Of a stretch of DNA of 47,856 nt, positions 12,349 to 24,153 are shown piece by piece. The notes beneath the pieces were generated by a model. The model did not search any database. It was given only the letters and a program-made list of their open reading frames with translations, and was not told where the DNA came from. The stretch covers positions 13,067,448-13,115,303 of the forward strand of contig NC_068984.1 in the NCBI RefSeq assembly GCF_001194135.2, given 5' to 3'. Numbering within the stretch: position 1 is the stretch's first letter; each line of letters begins with the position of its first letter. Origin of the DNA: Octopus bimaculoides (taxonomy: Eukaryota). The position numbers and the translations under genes are program-made.

Positions 12349-12594
12349 GCTCCGGCAGGGGATGGTGGCGAACCCTGCTGTACTCTTCCACCACAACTTT
12401 CTCTCACTCTTACTTCCTGTGTCTGTTGTGCCTGTAATTTAAAGGGCCAGCCTTGTCACACTGTCACGCTGAATCTCCCCGAAGACTACGTTAAGGGTAC
12501 ACGTGTCTGTGGAGTGCTCAGCCACTTGCACGTTAATTTCACGAGCAGGCTGTTCCGTTGATCGGATCAACTGGAACCCTCGACACAAAAATCC
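12349..12594 (+). mobile_element. SINE family C, body and tail (head lost in gap)
   Basis: Reverse complement of 42339-42594 and overlapping 32697-32941. Tail GTGGAGTGCTCAGCCACTTGCACG...GGAACCCTCG. Confidence 0.85.
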
Positions 12595-13350
12595 ATGATA
12601 TAAAAAAAAAAAAAAAGCTGCTACAGCTAGGAGATCGAGCGACCGTGAAGACACTGCCTCCTTTGTTGGAAACTCTCCCTCGGTGGCTCATCTGAAGTCT
12701 ATTTCAGTGAAAAATTATATGAGACCAGGAACAAGTGAGTCAAATGTGAATTTGCGTATCTGTAGCTTCTTGAGTTGATTTCATATTACGTTCTTTTATG
12801 TACAATATAGTTTACCATTTCTAAATATTATTAAGTTGATACAGAGAAGCAATACGACCCAGGAGTAAAGATATTGTACAATTAGCTCAAGGTTACTAGA
12901 TTTATATCTGCCTGCTACAGGCGTCTCTTTGAGTTTCTGAATTAGAAATTTATTCTGTAACATAATTGTAGGGAGTTGATACAAGACCATCGGGGAAATA
13001 CTTCCAGAGAATGATTTGTCTCTCGTTCACTTAACAATATATAAATCGAAATTGACCTCTGTCCTTGAGGTTTCTCTGCTTTCTGAAAAGATTAACTAAA
13101 TTCTAACGTTTGGATACGAATTATCTAACTTACAAAACTAATTACATTTTCTAATAATTGAATTTGTTATCGTTGTGGCAATATTCACCGAAACAATTTA
13201 CATATCTATCTATCTATCTAATTGTGAATCTTCTTTCTTAGCTGCCTATCGGTCAATCTGTATATATAGGTTCCTAATTTCATGTATATCTAACTATCTG
13301 TCTGTCCGTCTATCTATCTATCTACCTATATATATATATATATATATATA

Positions 13351-13719
13351 AAGGAATGGGCAGGCTTTATTACAATTCACTACAATTGTTTCATCCTGTC
13401 ATTATCAGCTGGAAATTGTGTAAGTGTTTTATATGAGGACGTAAACATACCACCACCGGTTGTCAAGTGTTGTTGGGGGAACAAACACAGACACAGAAAC
13501 ATATATACACACATACATATATATATACATATATACGACGGGATTCTATCAGTTTCCGTCTAGCAAATCCACTCACAAGGCTTTGGTCGGCCCGAGGCTA
13601 CAGTAGAAGACACTTGCCCAAGGTGCCATGCAGTGGGACTGAACCCAGGACCATGTGGTTGGTAAGCAAGCTACTTACCACACAGCCACTCCTGCGTCTA
13701 TTTATATACATGCATATAT

Positions 13720-13767
<48 letters not shown>

Positions 13768-13947
13768 GAATGGGCAGGCTTTATTACAATTCACTACAAT
13801 TGTTTCATCCTGTCATTATCAGCTGGAAATTGTGTAAGTGTTTTATATGAGGACGTAAACATACCACCACCGGTTGTCAAGTGTTGTTGGGGGAACAAAC
13901 ACAGACACAGAAACATATATACACACATACATATATATATACATATA
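13351..13947 (+). repeat. 183-bp exact direct duplication (13351-13533 and 13765-13947)
   Basis: Base-by-base comparison shows identical copies 414 bp apart, each preceded by (TA)n. Confidence 0.92.
13436..13698 (-). mobile_element. SINE family B, 3'-truncated
   Basis: Head GCAGGAGTGGCTGTGTGGTAAG...GGGTTCAGTCCC and CORE-like CCTTGGGCAAGTGTCTTC. Confidence 0.88.
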
Positions 13948-14970
13948 ACCCTAACACATACTCCTTCTCGTAAACATAAAACATGCATATACAAACATCA
14001 TGCATCCATACGTAGAGAAATGAATTGATTGCTCCATAAACACCTTCTCTAATCCACACACCTCAGTCTTATTTAATATATTCTGACTATTTTCCTTGAA
14101 GAAAGCTTTAATTGAAGATCAAATAAAGAACAAAAATAGAAGCAAAATACAAATATGGAAATAACAATATAGATACCTAATAGACTGTAGAGAATTACAA
14201 GCCGAATATATAGATTAAAAACTCTCTTACATTTGTTTTTGATGCTAGCATAGACACAAATATTTCTGTTGAAAGCAGAAGCCTAATAGATTTATAGTTA
14301 GGTTATAATTAAAGAAAGCTGTTTGCCGACACCAAAGTTTGCATTTAGAGAGACAATATTCTCGGAAAAATTGGTACTAAACGATTAGACAAGCCTACAA
14401 ATATAATCTATACACTTCAAAAGATTTCGGAGTAAAGTTTGCTCCTCATAGTCAATTAATAGCGTTACTTTTTTAATATAAGATCGCTTTGTACTAATCA
14501 TACCATAAATCAAATAGAGCTTTTAATTATTTCCACCAACTATGAAACCATACTAAAAGGATTATTAAGCTAGTTAAAACATTTCAATTAGACGCTAAAT
14601 CAATAATCATCCATAGATTCATTTAAATATTAAAACAATGATTTCCTCAGATGCAACCTAAAAGAAACTTAGGTACGCTGACGATACTACTAAAACTTCC
14701 CCAATGAAAACAGAAAAATGCATATTACCTATGATCTGCGTTTTTGTTTAGACACAGCAATTATAATTGCAGGTATATAATTTCTTCACCTTAATTGTGA
14801 CATCGCAAGCACTTCAGATACTTTCTTAAAAATATAGTAAAACTTTCTGCACCACTACAATTAAACGTTCTGATATTTATGCAACATCCAGCCTTTCTAA
14901 ATTGAAATTATGTCATCCGCTCACATGTCCGAAATGATGTTTCAATATACGTATATACGTATATATATAA

Positions 14971-15187
14971 GGCGGCGAGCTGGCAGAAACGTTAGCACGC
15001 CGGGCGAAATACTTAGCGGTATTTCGTCTGCCGTTATGTTCTGAGTTCAAATTCTGCCGAGGTCGACTTTGCCTTTCATCCTTACGGGGTCGATAAATTA
15101 AGTACCAGTTACGCACTGGGGTCGATATAATCGACTTAATCCGTTTGTCTGTCTTTGTTTGTACCCTCTGTGTGTAGCTCCTTGTGG

Positions 15188-15189
<2 letters not shown>
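14971..15189 (+). mobile_element. SINE family A, full length
   Basis: GGCGGCGAGCTGGCAGAAACGTTAGCACG...GAGTTCAAATTC...GTCGACTTTGCCTTTCATCC...CTTGTGGGC, between (TA)n and (CA)n. Confidence 0.9.
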
Positions 15190-15221
<32 letters not shown>

Positions 15222-15579
15222 ATACACACACATGTTTTCACGTATACATATATTGTAAATGGATATATGGAAACGATTGTCTCGAATAATTTGAACGATT
15301 GTACTGCTACTCGCATGCATCACACACGCATATACCCATACACACACATACACATATATATGCATACATACACATATCAATATATTATTTTCATCACATT
15401 TACTCTCCCTCTCTCTCCCTCTAAACTGTTCTTAAGAAGGAACAGTTAAAAATTCTTGTAAAAAATGTCAAAATATCATCCTTACGCATCTCCTGATTAA
15501 ATTAACTTTACTGAATTACGGACATTTTCTGCACACATATACATATAACCAAAAAACGTCATTGGTGAGAAGATTATTG

Positions 15580-16000
15580 AATTATTAGAAGTTGCAACTC
15601 ACGAAGGTATTACATGTGAACCCATTTAGGTTCTTTCTAACCCTTACATATCAATTTATAAATTAAAACCCCGTTACATAATTTTTTTCCACTTTGTCGC
15701 ATCCTCTCTTGCACGCCTTTGCAATTGTCTGATCAAATTCAAAATCAAGTTTTTAACATTGTAGGTTTTCTTCTTTCTAAAACATCTGAAGTCTTTGTTT
15801 TATCATCGAAATGTATTTTTGTGTCCATGACCATTGCTATGAGGAAGTTTCTGGTTTAGTACACGCTTGTAAAGAGCATTAAGCAAGGCATCTGATACTC
15901 GTCTGAGTTGCATTCTTTCTCTCTTGAGTTTCGTGTTAATCATGTATTTTTATTATAATAACTTCTTCCTGCAAATTGCTGCTCTCTGGAAATCGCTACC
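15580..16000 (-). mobile_element. Possible highly degenerate mariner remnant
   Basis: Minus-strand peptides ERMQLRRVSDALLNALYKR and NFLIAMVMDTKIHFDDK weakly recall the mariner PHEL...RR...LL..YKR..FL.RIVTGDEKWI region. Confidence 0.25.
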
Positions 16001-16205
16001 ATCGTCTAGCTTTCCTCTGGGCTGTGATATTTAGTCCCATAAGTGTCAGCCAATCAAGATCTTTTGTATGTGTAGCACTACTTTCGTTTCTACGTCGTAT
16101 TCATATACACTTTTGTGGTCTCATTCTTGCTTGGAACCAAATCGTATAAAAACCTACATTAGCAAAATATTTCGCTAGCTTTTTACTCCTACAACTTTGC
16201 TTTCT

Positions 16206-16442
16206 ATAACCGGCTGATATAATTGCTCAACTCAATCAGTAATACGTTGATTTTAATGAGGTAGATTAGATTAGATCAGTAAGTTTCCAATTACTCAGTG
16301 AAATAATATCAATGTATATTCGGTTATAGGGACAAGTGACTTACAATACCCAACAAAGTGAGATGTCGGTCCACCGTAGAAATTAATCCATTTTATATAA
16401 ACAGCTGCAAGTTTTACTTCAACACCTGGCTTAGAATATCCA
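16206..16442 (-). repeat. 237-bp inverted copy of 25530-25767, flanked by a 28-30-bp direct repeat
   Basis: One substitution and one 1-bp indel versus the reverse complement of 25530-25767. AGCTTTTTACTCCTACAACTTTGCTTTCTA occurs at 16177-16206 and 16442-16471. Confidence 0.95.
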
Positions 16443-17298
16443 GCTTTTTACTCCTACAACTTTGCTTTCTACAAGTTTCTCAATATAAACCTGATTATAT
16501 TCTACACTAAGTGACCTCTTCAATTTCGTTTTTTTAAATTAACATTAATTTTGAATCAAAGCTTGTGTAATCAATATATATTTTTAAACAATAATTTATT
16601 TTTACTCACAATTAAGATTGCTTCAGAAATAACTGGCAAAATCCAATCCTGTCACAATTTATTTTACATACTTCGAAATAATTACTTTCTGTCTTGTAAC
16701 TCATTATAAATAAAAATATATATAAATATATGTATATATATTTACATATATATATACATATATACATATACATATACACACACACACACACACACACACN
16801 NNNNNNNNNTATATAATTTTTTTTTATAGTTACCAAACAGGTTCGTGTTTCGGCGTCCTTAAATCCCTTAAAAGCCGTGGCAAGTTCTTGTTGTATCAAT
16901 ACAATATATATTTGTAATTCGAGTATTCTTGGACTAGTTAAGTGTCATAAATCGATGGCAGAAATATCGTGCAACTTTGTGTTACCATTGTTTGGTTGAA
17001 ACAGTACGAAATTACTGCGGAAAATTTCCGAAACAAAGTTTATAGAAAGATAATCATTCTCCATCGTTAAAGTTCATTATTGACACGTGATTGAAATGAC
17101 TCTTATAAGATTATCCCAAATTACCTTAATGCACACATAAGATAGGATATATTTGTTAGTAGAATAGGCAAAAGCTATGACATATTTCGTTTTTGCTATG
17201 TCTCACCAGTAAAACTTTCATTAGTGGAAAATAATAAATCTCTCAAAGAGAAACATTCATTAACAATTCTTTAAAATAAAGGCTATTTGTTAACACAC

Positions 17299-17565
17299 TG
17301 TGGTTGTCCCGAAAGGGTCGTTATTAGTGTTGTTTTATCCCCAAGAAACATCCCTTATAGCTGGTCGTACGACACGCTATTTGTGTCCTAATATTTTCGA
17401 ACAGGGACCTCAGCATTCTCATGAAGCAGCTTTACTCTTAGTGGAAATGCTGAGCTCCCTGTTCGAAAATATAAGGACACAGATAGTGTGTCGTATAGCC
17501 AGCTAGAAAACGATGTTTCTTGGGGCTAAAACAACAGTAACAACGTCCCTTTCGAGACAGCCACA
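17299..17565. mobile_element. Palindromic (foldback) MITE-like element
   Basis: Arms of about 115-120 bp are imperfect inverted repeats (TGTGGTTGTCCCGAAAGGG... / ...CCCTTTCGAGACAGCCACA) around a spacer of about 30 bp. TSD not resolved. Confidence 0.85.
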
Positions 17566-17687
17566 AATTAATATATCATAATCTTCAAAATCTTATATAA
17601 GAAAACGACCTTAGGAAGTTTTTTTCTATAAATTAGCATAATTTTAAACGTGCATTAGTCAACGTGTAACAACAAAATATGCATAGT

Positions 17688-17985
17688 TGTGTGTTCCTTC
17701 TCGAGCCATGCTGGTCTCATAAGGGCCAATTTGCAGGTTTCATTGACGTATAGATTCCCCGCCAGGACGGGACGCCGATCAGTAGCAGGTTAGCTGCTAG
17801 ATGCAAGAGTGAGAGAAATTTATGCGAAAGAATCCGCAGAGGTTCGCAATTACTTTCTGCCAGATCCGCGAAAGGTTTAGGTATTTCATTCATAAACACA
17901 CATATCACCCGGTCTGAGATTCGAACCCGCGATCCCCCGACCGCGACTCCACTGCCATAACCACTAGACCATGTGCATCCATCAT
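17688..17985 (-). mobile_element. tRNA-derived SINE family D (possible V-domain-like core) with 13-bp TSD
   Basis: Head GGATGCACATGGTCTAGTGGTTATGGCAG...GGGTTCGAATCTC and CCTGCTACTGATCGGCGTCCCGTCCTGG (recalled V-SINE-like). AAATATGCATAGT at 17675-17687 and 17986-17998. Confidence 0.85.
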
Positions 17986-18099
17986 AAATATGCATAGTAC
18001 TATGTAGAATTTGAGGTAAATTTGCAAGCAACTTTTATCCTGTATAAACTCCGTTCGCTTACACCAGATTAACACGTAGCAAGTCAGGAAAAGCACTTT

Positions 18100-18264
18100 A
18101 GGGAACACAAACAAACCAGCATTGGTTGTCAAGCGATGTTGGGGACAAACACAGACACACACACATGCATAAATATATATAGCCTTCCATAGCACTTACC
18201 CAGCATTATCTGACACCTTTCGGTCTTCTTGACATTATTACCTCTCATAAACTCTATATGTATG

Positions 18265-18307
<43 letters not shown>

Positions 18308-18469
18308 CAGGCTTCTTTCAGTTTCCGTCTACCAAATCCACTCACAAATCTTTGACCGGCCCGTGGCTATAGTAGAAGACACATGCTCAAGGTGCCATGC
18401 AATGTAACTGAGCACGGAATTCTGTGGCTGGTACCCAAGCTACTTACCACACAACCATTCCTGCGCCTA
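18100..18469 (-). mobile_element. SINE family B, interrupted (middle 18100-18165, head 18305-18469)
   Basis: Homology to the copies at 13436, 23672 and 46474. Confidence 0.75.
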
Positions 18470-21052
18470 TTTAAATGTACGAAGCAATATGTATATATGT
18501 ATGAATATGTGTGTCAGAACTCATTGTTGATTTGAGGTGTATTTCAGAGAAGAATTTGAAAATGGATCTATATAGGACTGGCATGATTTAAATTTACTAA
18601 GACTACACAAATATTCTCTTCTTAATCTCTATACAGTCTTTGGATTATGTTCGATAAATTTTCCAACTTTCTGAATATCACGCTGTGTCTCTCTATGTAT
18701 TTCCAATATTTCGTATTATTTCACCTCTCATTAAAACTTCTTTTGTCTTTATCTTTACACGCCAATCTATATTGTTTCCATTCTTTGTTGCTTCTTGTTC
18801 ATACTATTAAAAAAACAATTACAATCTAACACAGACATCATAAATTGTTTCTACTAAGTAAATATTCCATTGTTTGCAGACGGAATATCTCCTGGGAAAT
18901 GCAATATCAGTAAACATTACAAAATATTTTTGTGATGAAATTATAAATTTTATGGCAAATATTTCACTGTCGTTCCTAATTGTACAATGTATTATTTTTC
19001 ACATGTTTTCTATTCATTCCAATAAAATTACTCCGGTGCAGATAACAACAACCAAATGGATATCCTGGTTCGTGCCATTTCAATTTACCTTCTGGTTCAG
19101 TTGGTATGTTTTTATTTTATTTTATTTAACTAGAGCAACTGCATGCAATCTAACCGCAAGCTACTAATAACAGTAAGATTTTAATGCTCATATTTTTCAC
19201 TTCATGATTACAAATGAAATATTAATAATACTGCCCTCTAAACTACATTCCAATCAATTTAATCTCTGATATACATGTGTCTTATTTCTAAAGATTTGTT
19301 TCTCAACTAAAATAAAGTATAGTAAAGTTTATTTTTATGTTATAAACCATTAAAGCGTGCACAATTACGCCTGTATTTTTAGGACATTTAAATTCTCATC
19401 CTTTAAGAGTAGCCATATTAACTTGGTGACAGAGCTGGTTTTACAATAACGGTTATCAAAAGGGAGAGTGATATATATAGCTTGTTTGATGTATATACAT
19501 ATGTATGTGCATAAATAGATATGGATACATATATATATTTAATTTATATATATATATATATATGTATGGATCCTTACTTTATATATATATATAATTGAAT
19601 AATATTTGGGTCATGCGAAGTTGGAAAGCGAAAAAAGAAACAAGAAAACTAAAATTAGAATTTGTATAAAGACAGCCATTTCTGTCGCCCTTCTTACTTT
19701 ATTGCATGCATGTTGAATAAGACAAACTTGAATTTAAAAAGTAAACATAGAAAATCGTCTTTAAATATAGATCGTGTGAAAGAGAAAGTAGACTGGAAGA
19801 AAAATAAGTCAGGTAAAAGAAAAAAAAATGCGAAGAAAATTAAGAATCCAAGATAAAAAGGAATACACAAAGAAATGACGTGGCACATTTAATAGAAAAA
19901 TGTGGAAGTGAAGTGTTGAATAAAGTTGAGAGTAAATGAGGAAATTATAAAGATTGACAATGACAAGAGAGTGAATGAAGAGAATATTTGTGTGATTCTT
20001 ATAATGAATGGGACAGAGAAATTGTTACTTATTTCGGCCATTTTGGATTAGAAAAAAAACTCCAGCATGAAATCGATTTTAACTTTGGTGGTGCAGTGTA
20101 TATCGATGTTAGTGTATACGATGATGTAGATGAGGATATACATGACATTGATGAAAAAGAAAGAAGAAAGAAAAAGGGACAGAATGTAATTTCTGAAAAT
20201 TGTTTAATGGTAATGAAATAGACCTAGACGTTCGCTTTTATTTGGTCTGCTTCGCGTTTTCGTTTTTACTACCATGTAACCATACAAATAGTGATTGACA
20301 ACTCGCTTTTTCTTTTTTTTTTCTTTTACTAAACACTAGAGTATTTGTGTCCAGTTTCTCAACCGCTCATCTCTAACTTATCTGCTATTGCTAAATGAAC
20401 AGATTTGGAATAGACTTCTCAAATGCTTTTTTTTTTATAGGTGAGAAGCATCTATATATAAAAACGTGAGTCAGTACTAATGCACCGCTTTCAGATATAT
20501 CTCGAAAAAGAAGTAGGATATTTATTGTATAACATTGAAAAGGACACTGTAATAGAATGGTTTATGTTTAAGACTTCGAACCGAGTCGAAAATAATACAT
20601 TAGCTACAACAATAACAAGAACAATAACAACAACATTAGATTAAATAATAACGACAACCAGTAAGAAATGGTGTCGAGTAATTTACTAAAGGCTGATACA
20701 CGTATTTTGTGGTTAATTTTTGAGGAAATATAAAAGCCAGAAATTTTATAATTAACTCAATGAAAGATAGAACAATAACATGAGGCCAACAACCATAATA
20801 ATAGCACTAGCAACAACAATATAGATGAGGAATAGTGGTGATTACATATTCCAAACCATTCAGTACTTATATTCAATAAGAAGGTAAATCAATGATCATT
20901 ATAATGTGTTCCGGAATAGACATAGTAATTCGTTCAAAGATTGAATTTCTACTAATCAATATAGTCAGCGAAAGAAATATTCTGTGTGTGACTGATTAAG
21001 ATTCCAAAGCATTTATTCTGCAGACTACTAAGAACCATTTCTCATGTGTATG

Positions 21053-21089
<37 letters not shown>

Positions 21090-21817
21090 NNNNNNNNNNN
21101 NNNNNNNNNNNNNNNNNNNNNNNNNNNNNNNNNNNNNNNNNNNNNNNNNNNNNNNNNNNNNNNNNNNNNNNNNNNNNNNNNNNNNNNNNNNNNNNNNNNN
21201 NNNNNNNNNNNNNNNNNNNNNNNNNNNNNNNNNNNNNNNNNNNNNNNNNNNNNNNNNNNNNNNNNNNNNNNNNNNNNNNNNNNNNNNNNNNNNNNNNNNN
21301 NNNNNNNNNNNNNNNNNNNNNNNNNNNNNNNNNNNNNNNNNNNNNNNNNNNNNNNNNNNNNNNNNNNNNNNNNNNNNNNNNNNNNNNNNNNNNNNNNNNN
21401 NNNNNNNNNNNNNNNNNNNNNNNNNNNNNNNNNNNNNNNNNNNNNNNNNNNNNNNNNNNNNNNNNNNNNNNNNNNNNNNNNNNNNNNNNNNNNNNNNNNN
21501 NNNNNNNNNNNNNNNNNNNNNNNNNNNNNNNNNNNNNNNNNNNNNNNNNNNNNNNNNNNNNNNNNNNNNNNNNNNNNNNNNNNNNNNNNNNNNNNNNNNN
21601 NNNNNNNNNNNNNNNNNNNNNNNNNNNNNNNNNNNNNNNNNNNNNNNNNNNNNNNNNNNNNNNNNNNNNNNNNNNNNNNNNNNNNNNNNNNNNNNNNNNN
21701 NNNNNNNNNNNNNNNNNNNNNNNNNNNNNNNNNNNNNNNNNNNNNNNNNNNNNNNNNNNNNNNNNNNNNNNNNNNNNNNNNNNNNNNNNNNNNNNNNNNN
21801 NNNNNNNNNNNNNNNNN

Positions 21818-21861
<44 letters not shown>

Positions 21862-22024
21862 GTTTATATATTTGTTTTGCAAGATTCTTATTGTGAATTC
21901 GAGTGTTGAAACAGTTATTGTTGTATTTGGGGATGGTCATGTCACCAGTTTAACCGATGAAAACACACGCACTATATATTTGGTGTTCACTTGCTTCAGC
22001 TTTATTTTATATTAATTGTATTTT

Positions 22025-22069
22025 GGTCAGAGTTGTTTCGTCACACTTCTGTGACCTCATCAGTGGTCC
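22025..22069 (-). ncRNA. Hammerhead-like motif in PLE 3' region
   Basis: GGACCA-CTGATGA-G-GTCACA-GAAG-TGTGAC-GAAAC-AAC-TC-TGACC. Both core halves are intact and stem II is a perfect 6 bp. Stems I and III are degenerate. Confidence 0.65.
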
Positions 22070-22421
22070 TTTGCTTTCTTCTTTCTTTTTTGTGTGTCTC
22101 TCCTTACTAACGATCTGCCATTTTGTATTCCTATTGTATGTGTGTTTATTTGCGCATGCGTATATCACTGTGTGTGTCTATGTTTAGTGTGTGTGTACGT
22201 GTGTGTGTGTGTGTGGGGGGGGAATTTTCCTGCATTATCTGTATCCCCTGTTTATACACATTCGTTTAATTTACTATAATTTATTTTATTTATTTGTTTA
22301 TATCTACTTACTTTTCATTTTCTTTCTTTTTTTGTATTAATCTAATTTAATTTAATTTATTTTGTTTATGTATATAGTTATTTAATTCCATTTATTTATT
22401 TACTATATTCATATTATCAGT

Positions 22422-23099
22422 TTATGGGGATCTTATTCTGTCATATAATGTGGTTTGTTGGGGGTGAGTGTTAGTGTTCCATTCTAGTTTTCTATTCAGG
22501 CTAGGTTTATCTTCTATTATGTGTGTAGCTTCCGTAATTTGTCTAAGTGTTGCGTCTGTTCTATGTGTGGAGAAGATTTTAACTTCTATGTTGTTGAGTG
22601 ACCCTCCCCAATTGTACCTGCTCGGTGTGCTGGTACAGAACCGATGAGCTCTTCTCTTTCTTAAGTTCCTTCCAATGCTCATTTATCACCTCTCCTATTC
22701 TCCGTGCTGCCTCCCCTACGTACGTTGTTGTCTTGTTACTGCACCATCCCTCTGTACATCGTATACTATAGACTACATTTGTAGCTTTACAGTTTGTTTG
22801 TGGGCTAAATCTACATGCAATACAGTTCCTATAAGTACAGGGAGTTCTACTAAAAGGGTAGGTTCTACTGAGTATGGATCTGATAGGGTTACCTGGCCTT
22901 TCTACAACCTTAATTCTTAGCTTAAGTTTGTCTAGGGCCATTTTAAAGCTGTAGTCTTTTCAATGGTGTTCCATGACTTGCTCCTATAGATTGGGCAAAT
23001 CCCATTCCTATCGTTACGCATGATAGTTTCAAATTTCCTCATGGCTTCTTTATATACTCTGATCCTTTTTCTATGGCTGTATCCTTATAACTGCATCCT
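22422..23099 (-). pseudogene. PLE linker plus GIY-YIG endonuclease, frameshifted
   Basis: RMQL*GYSH...DRNGICPIYRSKSW, frameshift or deletion near 22960, then KVVERPG...PF..PCTYRNCIAC...CKATNVVYSIRC...YVGEAARRI...EH...SVLYQH, frameshift near 22615, then DATLRQITEATHI...KPSLNRKLEW. Subgroup not assigned. Confidence 0.9.
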
Positions 23100-23671
23100 C
23101 ATATACACGCATACATATATAGTACTTTTTAAAAGGAAAATGTTTACTGTCACTTCAAAGTTTCGACTTATTCCCCTTAACCAATCTAATGAAGCTTGAA
23201 ACTTTGAAGTCACTGTCAAACGTTTCCTCGTACAAGTTCCACATTATGTGTGCTACTAATAGGTATTGAGTAATTATTTAGTTTAATGAGAAGTTGGTGG
23301 AAAAGGTACACCCGTTAGGCCTTGGGCTCCATTGTATTATGTCTTTTGTATTAAGATCATGTTACATTAGAAATGTTTCTCGGCTGTTCACACGTGCTCA
23401 TTTCGAAAGGAAGAATCATTTTCGGACATCTTAAATTGCTGCATATTCTAAGAATAGTCAGAAAGAATTTTAAAATGTGATAGCTGACTAATAGTACGTA
23501 ACATATCTGCGTCATTCATAACTAGTGTGAGGCATTCCGTTGTAAATCAAGATGAAAATGCAAATTTTAAAAACTTTATGTTGAAATCTGCTAATTTCAG
23601 AAATGTATCACATCTTATAGATGTGAATTTCATAGGGGTAGTTTAATAAATACGATAAGGGGTTTCCATAT

Positions 23672-23956
23672 TCTTTTACTATTACTTGTTTCATTAATTT
23701 GACTGCAGCCATGCTGGAGCACCACTTTTAGACGAACAAATCGACTTCAGGAATTATTCTTTGTAAGCCTTGTACTCATTATATCGGTCTCTTTTTGCCG
23801 AACCGCTCAGTTACGGGGGACAGAAACACACCAACATCGGTTGTCAAGCGATGTTGGTGAGACGAAAACAGACGCACAGTCTATACATATGTATACATAT
23901 ACATATATATATATATATATANNNNNNNNNNTTGTATATGTATACATATGTATAGA

Positions 23957-23992
<36 letters not shown>

Positions 23993-24153
23993 CGATGGAC
24001 TTCTTTCAGTTTCTGTCTACCAAATCCACTCACAAGGCTTTGGTCGGCCGAGATTATAGTAGAAGACATGTGCCCAAGTGCCATGCAGTGGGCCTGAACC
24101 CGGAACCATGTGGTTGGTAAGCAAGTTTCTTACCACACAGCCACGCCCGTGCC
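23672..24153 (-). mobile_element. SINE family B, full length with internal (TA)n
   Basis: Head, CORE-like block, internal microsatellite and tail GGTGCTCCAGCATGGCTGCAGTC are all present. Confidence 0.9.

Larger units (their letters stand above)
21861..23099 (-). mobile_element. 5'-truncated Penelope-like element with 3' non-coding region ending at (TA)n
   Basis: GIY-YIG pseudogene followed by an AT-rich 3' region carrying a hammerhead core. The 3' boundary is inferred from the (TA)n run. Confidence 0.8.
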
